From Tubiluchus corallicola (taxonomy: Eukaryota; Animalia; Priapulida): 64,000 nt of DNA. The position numbers and the translations under genes are program-made. The stretch spans positions 1 through 64,000 of the forward strand of contig JAQGDQ010000072.1 of assembly GCA_030141605.1 (NCBI GenBank), in the 5' to 3' direction. Positions 25,949 through 35,187 of the stretch are shown in pieces (within the stretch, counting starts at the first letter, position 1; each line of letters starts with the position of its first letter). The notes under the pieces are model-generated. The model had not been told where the DNA came from. It saw nothing but the letters and a program-made list of their open reading frames with translations, and ran no database searches.

Positions 25949-27594
25949 CTGGTGTCGCAGAAGTGGATAAAGAACATTCTCAACTACCCCCTGCTCAAAG
26001 TTTTTTTGATGATGATGTGGCTTCTCAGGCTTCTTCCTGGCTAAGCTCTTTAGAGCGTTGTTCTGCTGGCCCTGTTGTCAATTGTGTCCCCAAAAGCGTA
26101 ATTTCCAATCCTGATAATAAACTAGGACAGACAAATTCATTTCTGTCTACTAATGCTAACCTTGATCGCGTACTTGGTCAACGCGAAGATTCAGGCTTTA
26201 ATACTGCCAGTCCCAGTAATCAAAATTTAGCTGTAGAATTGCAAAATTTGTCATCGCGTTGTGATTCCCAGTTTAAAGATTTGAGTTGTGCAGTGGCTGC
26301 GCTTTCTCAAGCGGTCACTAGCTTAGCAGAGAATTTTTCTGAACGCTGTGAAGTATCTCGGCCTGAACATAGGCCTACTTCGAGTAGAAAACCTGTTTTG
26401 AATTCTACTCCAGCTAGCGAACTGTTCCAAACTGTCGAACCCGCTGTTTGTAAACTAAATAGTGAATCTCCTAAATCGTTAGTCCATTTCGCTGAAAATC
26501 ATGGAAATAAGAAGTTTTCAGATTTGCCAATTCAATTTTGTACTCCCACGCATGCGCAGTCAGAAGTACCGGTTCCGAGTAGCACGTCTGTTTGTCAACC
26601 TAGCTTACACACCACAAATACTGTTAGCGCGCACGAAGTGAAAAACTTACCATTTTTTGATGGGGAAACGGTTCCATGGGAAAGTTATAAAGCGCAATTT
26701 CATTTGTTAGTTGAACTTAACAGTTGGAATAATTATGAAGCTGGTTTACGTTTAGCACTGAAACTTAAAGGGAAAGCTGTTGGGGTTCTTGAAACTTTGT
26801 CGCCTGCCCAACGCTCTGATTATGCAATGCTTTGCTCTGCTTTAAGCCGTCGATTCGGGTGTGACAATCGCGATAGCGTATACCGCGCGCAATACAACAG
26901 CCGTTACCGTCAACCCGGCGAAGATTTGCGGCAATATGCAGATCATTTGCGTACTTTGTACCACCGTGCATACCCAGCAGTAGACTTAAGTTCTGCAGAA
27001 CGTCAATTAGCGTTGAAGTTCATAGATGGTTTGTGTGATGTAGAACTAGCTATACACGTGCAGCAAAGCTTTCCCACGAATCTTGCTGATGCGTTGGCGT
27101 CTGCTTTGTCTATAGAATCTATTCGTTTAACTGCAAAGCGCAGCGCTGAGCTTACGACTATTAAAACGCGCAGAAAATTGACGCAGAATCAAGATACGGG
27201 ATGGAATAAAGCTCCCACCACAGCAGAAAATTTCGAGCGTAACACAAATAATCGCGCTAAGTCTGAACTGTCAGACAATCGTGTACCTACAGAAAGGATT
27301 CACGGAACAAATGATTTTGTTTGTTATTGCTGCAATGCGGTTGGTCATTTTGCAAGGAACTGTCCATTGCGTCGTAAGTCACAACAGTCTTACCCAACCA
27401 GAACATTTGATAACTCATTATTTCGCTTATCTCAAAACTCACAGAGCAATTCGCGATTTTGCAGCCAGTCTAGACCGAGTAAAAGTAATCGAAATTATGA
27501 CAACTCTCGCGGCTATACTGTGCCAGTTTCGAACTCGCCGCGCAATTTTAGTAACTCGCGTAATTCTTGTCCTCCACCTTCGCGTTTTCAGTAG
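25873..27594 (+). CDS. gag: Gag (capsid-like domain plus CCHC zinc knuckle), 573 aa
   Basis: Open frame; retrotransposon capsid-like region FDGE..WESY..QF...W; zinc knuckle CYCCNAVGHFARNC. Confidence 0.93.
   Translation: MDLHDAKNQDRHAILEFDPLGRIQSTGVAEVDKEHSQLPPAQSFFDDDVASQASSWLSSLERCSAGPVVNCVPKSVISNPDNKLGQTNSFLSTNANLDRVLGQREDSGFNTASPSNQNLAVELQNLSSRCDSQFKDLSCAVAALSQAVTSLAENFSERCEVSRPEHRPTSSRKPVLNSTPASELFQTVEPAVCKLNSESPKSLVHFAENHGNKKFSDLPIQFCTPTHAQSEVPVPSSTSVCQPSLHTTNTVSAHEVKNLPFFDGETVPWESYKAQFHLLVELNSWNNYEAGLRLALKLKGKAVGVLETLSPAQRSDYAMLCSALSRRFGCDNRDSVYRAQYNSRYRQPGEDLRQYADHLRTLYHRAYPAVDLSSAERQLALKFIDGLCDVELAIHVQQSFPTNLADALASALSIESIRLTAKRSAELTTIKTRRKLTQNQDTGWNKAPTTAENFERNTNNRAKSELSDNRVPTERIHGTNDFVCYCCNAVGHFARNCPLRRKSQQSYPTRTFDNSLFRLSQNSQSNSRFCSQSRPSKSNRNYDNSRGYTVPVSNSPRNFSNSRNSCPPPSRFQ
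25950..25968 (+). promoter_or_regulatory. Primer-binding site, variant of the tRNA-Leu PBS
   Basis: tggtgtcGCagaagtggat versus the canonical tggtgtcagaagtgggat seen at 41617. Confidence 0.8.
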
Positions 27595-30500
27595 CGGGTG
27601 GACGGGAAAAGAGGCATCGTGCCACCCGCCAGACACAAAAAGCCTCGCACAAACTAAGCGAAACACTCCCTTCGGGTCAACCTAAGGTTGGTACTGTGCT
27701 CAGTGAATTGAATCAGGCTGCTGGTCTTTATGCTGTCGGCTCAATAGATGGCAATAAATGCCGAATATTAGTGGACACACGGGCTACACATACCGCGGTT
27801 CGTCCTGAGCTTATAACCAATCAGCTTGAGCCGTTGGGGTGGCAAACCGCTATAGGTGTAACCGGTGCACCTTTGCAATTACGTGGCCCAATTTCGGTTT
27901 CACTGCAACTCGGTACAATTTCTAGTGCTGTGTCGGCTTGTCTAACTGGTGACCTAGCCGGAGAAGATTGCATTTTGGGCTTAGACTGGCTTCGAAAAAA
28001 TAAAGCCATAGTGGACACTGGCCTAAAACGCATTATTCTTCCGGATGGCCAGTTTGTTGAGCTCACACTGCTACCTGGAGGTTGTACAGATGTGATAAAC
28101 ATTCGTCGTGTGACTATACCCGCGTTTTCGGAAGCCGTTATCGAAACTCAACCTGTTTTACCGTTACCGCACACATTAGGTATGGTTAGCCTTGGCAGCA
28201 AACCATTTCGGTCAGACGGTCTTTTAACTGGACGGATAACTTCGCCAGCTGGTGCTACTACAATTCGTGTCATAGTAGCAAACATAACCAACTATCCTGT
28301 TACACTCTCGGAAAAAGAACCTGTTGGTCAATGGGAAAGCGTTAATGAAATTGTTTGTCCTATTAAACTTTCTACAATGAAAGGTTTTCAGTCTAAACCT
28401 AAAAATGCAAGCAAAAGAGCGCTTTCTGAACCGGTGCAAAAACTTTTAAATGCTAGTAAAACTGCACTATCCAGTACGCAGTACAAGCACTTGAAAAGTT
28501 TGTTAATCAAGTATAACGATTTATTTTCCTCTGGACCCTATGACATTGGTCGTACAAATATTGTTCAACATCGCATTAATACAGGTACTCACCACCCTAT
28601 TAAGACTCAAGCAAGGCGTCTTGGCCAGGCCCAACGCGAGGAATTAAATGCAGCAATGGATGAAATGCAGAGACAGGGAGTAATTGAACCGTCTTGCAGC
28701 CCCTGGTCTTCTGCGGTGGTCCTTGTACGAAAAAAAGATGGAGGAACGCGCTGCTGTATAGACTACAGGGCTCTCAATTCGATTACAATCAAAGACAGTT
28801 ATCCCCTGCCTCGCATTGATGATTCAATCGATGCTCTTTCCGGTGCCAAGTGGTTCTCCACTTTAGATTTAAAATCGGGGTACCACCAGGTAGAAATGGC
28901 ACCGGAAGACAAAGAAAAGACCGCATTTGTAACACACAGAGGGTTGTGGCAGTTTAAAACTCTTCCTTTTGGTCTAGTTAATGCGCCTGCTACTTTTGAA
29001 CGCTTAATGGAGCAAATTTTAACTGGCTTGCACTGGCAAACGTTGTTAATTTATTTAGATGACGTCATCGTTTTCGGGCGCACCTATGAGGAACACCTTG
29101 CTCGGTTGCAAGAAGTTTTTGAACGTTTTATGATGGCAGGCCTAAAACTCAATGCTAAAAAGTGTTTGCTAACGCAAAGAGAGGTCACGTATCTAGGACA
29201 TGTTGTTAGCCATACCGGTGTACGTACCGATCCCGCAAAAATAGAAGCCGTTGTGAACTGGCCTGAACCTAATAACGTGTCTGATCTTAGAAGCTTTTTA
29301 GGCCTGTGCACATACTACAGGCGTTTCATAAAAAACTTCGCGGATATAGCGGCACCTCTGCATTTACTAACTCGCAAGCAGCAACCTTACGTTTGGCAGG
29401 CTAGCCAACAGAACGCTTTTAATTGTTTGAAAACTTTGCTTACAAATGCGCCAGTTCTGGCCTACCCACAATTTGACACTGAATTTGTACTCGACACTGA
29501 CGCGAGTAGTATAGCGATCGGCGGTGTTCTCTCACAAATTCAGGGCGGCCAAGAGCGCGTGATAGCGTATTACAGCCAAATTTTATCTCCTGCAGAACGA
29601 AATTATTGCGCTACACGCCGTGAACTTCTTGCAGTGGTTAAAGCTGTGAATCACTTTCACCACTATCTTTACGGACGGCAGTTTGTTATACGCACTGACC
29701 ATGCTGCTCTTCGCTGGTTGAGAACTTTGCGTAAACCAGGTCAGTTAGCTCGCTGGCTTTGCGAATTAGACCAGTATGATTACACAATAGAACATCGTGC
29801 AGGCAAAAGCCACGGAAATGCGGACGCGCTTTCTCGTCGGCTCTGCGAAGTCAGTTGCAAACATTGCAGCAAACGAGAACCGAGTAACGTAATGCAACAA
29901 AATGCGAAAATTAATAAAATCGGCACAACATTAAGAGATGTAAATCTTGATTTTGCTGAAGGGCAGACCAAAGACAAAGACATAGCCCCAATATTGGGAT
30001 TTTTGCAAACTTCAGCCCAAAAACCTGCATGGGAGCAAGTTTCTGCGCTAAGCCCTGAATCAAAAGCTATTTGGCACCAATGGGACGCGCTCAAAATAGA
30101 AGACGGGGTAGTGCAGCGTAAATGGGAATCTCCAGACGGGACTGTAGTCCGTTACCAATGGCTAGTTCCTAGAGCCTTTCGTGAAAGTCTACTTACAGGG
30201 TTTCATAATAATCCTACTGCTGGTCACTTCGGCCAGAACAAAACTTTTGCCAGGCTGCGTGAGCGGTACTTCTGGCCAGGCATGCGGAAGGATATCCAGT
30301 TATGGATACGGTCATGTCGTGAATGTTGTCGAAAAAAGGGGCCCCAGCGCAAACCAAGAGCACCTTTGCAACAGTACAGGGTAGGAGCTCCTATGGAGCG
30401 CATAGCAATAGATGTAGCTGGACCTTTCCCTAAATCAGACTCGGGAAATAAGTATGTCCTGATCGCTGTAGATTATTTTACCAAATGGCCCGAAGGGTAC

Positions 30501-32150
30501 GCCCTTCCTAACCAAGAAGCAGAAACTGTAGCCAAAGCCTTGGTAAATGAATTCTTTTGTCGGTTTGGTCTGCCTGGTGAAATTCATAGCGATCAGGGTA
30601 GAAACTTCGAGTTTCGCATTTTTCAGCAATGTTGCGAATTTTTAGACATTGTCAAGACGCGTACCACACCTTTAAGGCCTCAATCAAATGGCTTCGCAGA
30701 AAGGTACATTAAAACTATTTCCCGCCAATTGGCACAATTCGCAAGTTTACACCAGCGCGACTGGGATGTGAAAATGCCCTTATTTCTTTTAAGTTATCGA
30801 TCAGCAGAACATGATGCTACAGGGTTTACTCCAGCCAAAGCCATGATGGGTCGGGAACTACGACTGCCTCTGGACTTGCTAACGGGCCGACCTCCTGAAT
30901 CTATCTGTCATAATGTAGTTGACCATGTAAAGTACTTAGAAGATAGTCTACATGATGTCCACCATTTTATTCGAAATAATTTGCGCTTCTCAGGCGAAAC
31001 AATGCGTCGAAGGTACGACGTTAAAGCTAAACGATCTCGTTTTAAAGAACATGATTTGGTATGGTTCTTCAACCCTCAACGTAAGGTTGGACGTTCACCC
31101 AAACTGCAAATGGATTGGGATGGACCTTATACTGTAGTCAAACGATTATCAGATGTGGTATACCGTATCAAACTTCCAGGCGCCAGAAATTGTAAAGTTG
31201 TGCATGCCGATAGGCTTTGGAAATATGCGCCACCCACGGGCTTCTCTTGGAATGCACAAGACAATGCAACGCAAAATAATTTCACTCAAGCTAACGCAGA
31301 CGCGCAAGCAACAATTATCTACGATGCTTCGGAAATCAGCACCGAATCTAGTCAGGCTAATGAGTCTCTATCTTTTGGGTTACCTCTACCACCACCCTAC
31401 TCACCAGAACAAGCTTCGGTCGGTAATAAAGAAGTTGATACTGCTTCGAGTTTTCCTGCCTTGATGCCCAGTACTTCCAGCTCTTCTTTTCCAGCCCTCT
31501 CGCCACAGCTTGACTCTCCCACTCTCTTCAACCCTAGCGATCTTTCACTGCCCAACCTCTCTCCAGTCCGCCCACGTACTTCCACTCCGAATAAACAACT
31601 TAGCTCTATCCCAGTTACTGTAGATGAAAATGGAACTAATGATTCCAGAGAAGTAAACTCATTGTCGGAAGAGATGGACGTGAGTCCACAAAAGTTGAAA
31701 TCGACTTTGAGCAACGATGAAAGTAGTGAGACAATAATCTACGACCAGTTGGATTTTGGGATAGAAAATGAAGAAAATCAGTCATTAACCCAGGTTACTG
31801 CCTCTCCCTCTCCTAACCCTGAGCGTGACGTTTCACCTTCCTCACTTATTATTCCGGATCAAGATGACCTAATTCTAACACCACCTTGTATTACCCCTAC
31901 GACATTCTATGGTATATCCTTGGAAGATCGCGGGCCTCCCTCATCTCCTCTCCACACCTATCCGCATCGTAATCGCCTCCCTACCACGTTTTATGGAGAT
32001 TACATTTTTACCGACCCAACTGCAACTCGAACTCGAGCACAGGACTCAACCATACGCTCTATACGAGGCCTATTACCTGCCAGCGTACACTGGGATGTAG
32101 ATGCCAATAACGTTCTTTGCAGTGTGCGAACCCGGAAACCAGCTTACTAA
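27567..32150 (+). CDS. pol: Pol polyprotein in the -1 frame: protease, RT, RNase H, integrase, GPY/F module and long S/P-rich tail
   Basis: Motifs LVDT(R)A, LPFGLVNAPATF, YLDD, DTDAS, RTDH, ADALSR, HHCC zinc finger, IAID/HSDQG/AER (DDE) and WDGPY. Confidence 0.97.
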   Translation: MSSTFAFSVAGGREKRHRATRQTQKASHKLSETLPSGQPKVGTVLSELNQAAGLYAVGSIDGNKCRILVDTRATHTAVRPELITNQLEPLGWQTAIGVTGAPLQLRGPISVSLQLGTISSAVSACLTGDLAGEDCILGLDWLRKNKAIVDTGLKRIILPDGQFVELTLLPGGCTDVINIRRVTIPAFSEAVIETQPVLPLPHTLGMVSLGSKPFRSDGLLTGRITSPAGATTIRVIVANITNYPVTLSEKEPVGQWESVNEIVCPIKLSTMKGFQSKPKNASKRALSEPVQKLLNASKTALSSTQYKHLKSLLIKYNDLFSSGPYDIGRTNIVQHRINTGTHHPIKTQARRLGQAQREELNAAMDEMQRQGVIEPSCSPWSSAVVLVRKKDGGTRCCIDYRALNSITIKDSYPLPRIDDSIDALSGAKWFSTLDLKSGYHQVEMAPEDKEKTAFVTHRGLWQFKTLPFGLVNAPATFERLMEQILTGLHWQTLLIYLDDVIVFGRTYEEHLARLQEVFERFMMAGLKLNAKKCLLTQREVTYLGHVVSHTGVRTDPAKIEAVVNWPEPNNVSDLRSFLGLCTYYRRFIKNFADIAAPLHLLTRKQQPYVWQASQQNAFNCLKTLLTNAPVLAYPQFDTEFVLDTDASSIAIGGVLSQIQGGQERVIAYYSQILSPAERNYCATRRELLAVVKAVNHFHHYLYGRQFVIRTDHAALRWLRTLRKPGQLARWLCELDQYDYTIEHRAGKSHGNADALSRRLCEVSCKHCSKREPSNVMQQNAKINKIGTTLRDVNLDFAEGQTKDKDIAPILGFLQTSAQKPAWEQVSALSPESKAIWHQWDALKIEDGVVQRKWESPDGTVVRYQWLVPRAFRESLLTGFHNNPTAGHFGQNKTFARLRERYFWPGMRKDIQLWIRSCRECCRKKGPQRKPRAPLQQYRVGAPMERIAIDVAGPFPKSDSGNKYVLIAVDYFTKWPEGYALPNQEAETVAKALVNEFFCRFGLPGEIHSDQGRNFEFRIFQQCCEFLDIVKTRTTPLRPQSNGFAERYIKTISRQLAQFASLHQRDWDVKMPLFLLSYRSAEHDATGFTPAKAMMGRELRLPLDLLTGRPPESICHNVVDHVKYLEDSLHDVHHFIRNNLRFSGETMRRRYDVKAKRSRFKEHDLVWFFNPQRKVGRSPKLQMDWDGPYTVVKRLSDVVYRIKLPGARNCKVVHADRLWKYAPPTGFSWNAQDNATQNNFTQANADAQATIIYDASEISTESSQANESLSFGLPLPPPYSPEQASVGNKEVDTASSFPALMPSTSSSSFPALSPQLDSPTLFNPSDLSLPNLSPVRPRTSTPNKQLSSIPVTVDENGTNDSREVNSLSEEMDVSPQKLKSTLSNDESSETIIYDQLDFGIENEENQSLTQVTASPSPNPERDVSPSSLIIPDQDDLILTPPCITPTTFYGISLEDRGPPSSPLHTYPHRNRLPTTFYGDYIFTDPTATRTRAQDSTIRSIRGLLPASVHWDVDANNVLCSVRTRKPAY

Positions 32151-33130
32151 GTAGGAGTACGAGGAGCAAAAGCATTAGACTGACAAGCCACTCTTGCGCA
32201 GTAGTTGTCAAGTAGTTGTCTTTCTCAGCAGCAACAACGTAGCAGTCTGTAAGACCAAAATGAAGCCCAGTACGGAAAGAAACACAAGGAGAATACCACC
32301 TGATCCGATGTTCCAGTTGATTTTGCTAAGTAGTCAAGATAACGTTTTTTGCATTAATTGGTAGTTAAAGCCAACCCTTGGATTGTTAAGTTTTTTTTTG
32401 CATTCTCTTGTGATGTAGGTAGAACGATTTTTTTTACATTACTAAAGCCGTTGAGAGATTTGTAACAGCACAAGCCCCGTGGTAAACCTTTTTTCTTTAT
32501 AGCCGAGGAGACGTCAGAGATCCCGAAGCACTCGGCGGGCTCCTGTAATCTCGTCAAAAGAGAGATTAGAGTAGTCTGAATGATGATGATGGTGATAATT
32601 ATGCCAGGAGTCTGCTCAGCGCCTCGTATTAAGTATTTGTACTTATACATTACGTTTCTTTATTTTTTTTGTTAGACAACCATATAGAAGCGCATAATTT
32701 TATTTGTAAAATTTGCCAGAGTTAGGTTAATGTAAGTCGTGTCGTATTTTCCTATGTGAAACGTGATGCTTTAAGAAATTTATAAATTTGTTAGACGACG
32801 GTTACTTTGTTCAATTTGTATCGTATAAGTGATTCCTAATGAAAGTTTAGATTAACTCTCAAACAGACAGCGTAAAACAGTTTATCCTTTTGTTTGTTAT
32901 ATCGGAAATTGCCTAATCGCTGTACCAAATAGGTTATCACTTGTGTAGCAATTGCGTATTGCCTTAAAATAATGTCAACAAGAATGGAAATATATCGTGC
33001 TCATCTTTCATTATTGTAACTTAAAGAAACCTTTGCTTAAGGAATTTTTGTTGCCTTGTGCTAGGTGGCAGCACATGCCTGGTCACTGCCTAACTCCTAG
33101 TTCTGGAACCGTTTGAGGACAAACGGAACT

Positions 33131-33143
33131 GGGGAGGAGGCAA
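33131..33143 (+). promoter_or_regulatory. Polypurine tract
   Basis: ggggaggaggcaa immediately before the 3' LTR. Confidence 0.9.
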
Positions 33144-33659
33144 TGTTACGGAGGCACCTGTGTCGAGTCAGGTGTAGGGCCCTCTACACGCCCTGCTTCC
33201 ACGTCAGCAGCGACTCACCCCTTTCTTGTAGGTCCAGACGTCTCGTTTGGGCCTACACGTGGTGTGAGAAGCCAGCTGACCTGGAATGCCAGTATAAAAG
33301 CGTGTAGAGGTCACTACAGCCTTGATTTCTGACACAGGTGCTCCTCGGGTGTAGTGCTGTTACTAGTGTAGAGTTAGTTAGTTATTTTTGTGCACATGTA
33401 TTTTTGGTTCCTTAATTTTAGTAGTGCTGTTAATAAACTCCGTACAGTGTACTTTTTGTGTATTTTGTTTTATGAGAGTTGGATGACACGCTATAACAGG
33501 TGTAAGGTAATAATTTGCAGACATTAATTTAGCTAATTAACATTAACATTTGTAATTAATTATTGGTTGTACAACGGTTATAAATGGATCTTCATGATGC
33601 GAAAAATCAGGACCGCCATGCCATCTTGGAGTTCGACCCCCTGGGTCGAATCCAGTCCA
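33144..33659 (+). repeat. 3' LTR
   Basis: Direct repeat of 25438-25948. Confidence 0.97.
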
Positions 33660-33945
33660 ATATTATATATCAGATTTTTTGGAGGGATCACGCTGTGAAA
33701 TCAAATGCCTGACGCACGTCAGTGGTGAGTCTTAAAAGGTAACGAATCTGCGAATGTTCTTACTTGACTAACTGGAACATGTAGTTCTTATTGATTACAG
33801 CAGATAGGAAACTCCCTGAAGTTCTTGAATTTCACCACTTACAAGTGTTTCCATTGGCAATAGGCCTACGGTTGCTATTTTCAAATATTATTTCAGTTAT
33901 TGTTACACACTCACTCGCACGTATTAATTAGTAGTCAATATACAC

Positions 33946-34335
33946 TAGCAGTGAGCATGCTCTACCAGAAAGCGAATTCGAATCGAATCAAATTTGTGAC
34001 TTTCGAATTCGACACGAACCGAATTTTATTTCAATATTCGAATACGAATCGAATTCGAACTTTCGAATCAGTAGTAAAAAGTGGTCTTACAAAGATCATG
34101 CATATTCCTGGATTTTGTTCTACAGTAAAACCACTATTAATTTGTTAAAAATTTTGCACAGAAACTGCAGCTAAATTTTGCTAATTGCATGATGTTTCAA
34201 ACGTTTTAATGATAAAGAACGTGTGTGGCTCAAGTGCCGAATTATTCGAATGTATAATTTTAGGTTCGAATCGAATTCGAACTAAAAAAACTCGTTCGAA
34301 TCGAATTCGTCTCGAACGTTCGATGCTCTCCCCTA
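33946..34335. mobile_element. hAT-type MITE
   Basis: Imperfect TIR tagcagtgagcat / atgctctccccta, a perfect 8-bp TSD ATATACAC and subterminal (ttcgaatcgaa) repeats. Confidence 0.88.
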
Positions 34336-35187
34336 ATATACACACCAAGCACACGGGTACTTTTACCTTATGTTAAAGCTATGATTTTGTTTGGCTCACT
34401 GTTTCTATCACTTTGATAGGCCGCAACGTTAAAACAATCATTCTGCGGAAAATCTCACTCTTCTAGGCACTTTTAATGTCTAAGGTTGCATAATTACTGA
34501 AAGAAGTGTTTTTAAGTGCCACGATAAAGTAATTAAACCGCGAGTTTTTAGATATTGGCACATGGCTTGTACTGGTTTGTGATTAGGTGGCAAGGAAAGT
34601 TGCTATTCCAACTTTAACAGTATAATTTGAATCAAAGTAAATCAATGAGATACGATCAACAGATAAGATAGTACTTTTAAGTTTAAAATATAATGTAGTA
34701 AAATTTTAGTATTGGGGATTAGCAGAGTTTGGAAGATAGCTGTGCAGCTGAAAAAAATCAATATAATTATAATGGGGCAAAAAGGTTTTTTGCCAGAAAA
34801 TTTTTTTGACCAACAAAAAATTTCACAGAAAACTTTTTTGCCAGAAACCGTCATTTCACAGAAAATAAAATTCACGGAAAATGTAATAATGTAATAATTT
34901 TTTTACAGCGCAGTTTAAATACGCAATTAAAAGTACTTTACTTTAAAGTCGCGTGTTGATTAATAGGGTTCATATGATCAAAAAATTTGATCAATTCGTT
35001 AAGGCAAGAAAGCAAGAATAAGAATAAGAATACGAATGAGAATGAGAATAAGAATGCGAACGAGAATTAGCACGATTCTGACCGATGGTACTGAAGTAAG
35101 AAGTAGATTCTTCTGCAATTACTGCATCATTGGTAACAGAATTGTTACCAACTTTCAATTTAATTAGACTAATTGAATTATCGTGAT

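Larger units (their letters stand above)
25438..33659 (+). mobile_element. Full-length Ty3/Gypsy LTR retrotransposon, young
   Basis: 511 and 516 bp LTRs (TGTT...TCCA) differing by ~4 substitutions and a 5-bp indel. TSD is ATAT (25434-25437, 33660-33663). PBS, PPT and gag plus PR-RT-RH-IN order are present. Confidence 0.98.

Noticed and set aside
27592-27660. Stop-codon readthrough as the gag-pol mechanism
   Set aside because: The gag frame stops again at ~27655, whereas pol is in the -1 frame.
27821-31714. Antisense and alternate-frame ORFs within pol
   Set aside because: Short shadow ORFs expected opposite a long coding frame, with no motifs.
32151-33130. env gene
   Set aside because: There is no sense ORF longer than ~40 codons and no signal peptide, furin or TM architecture.
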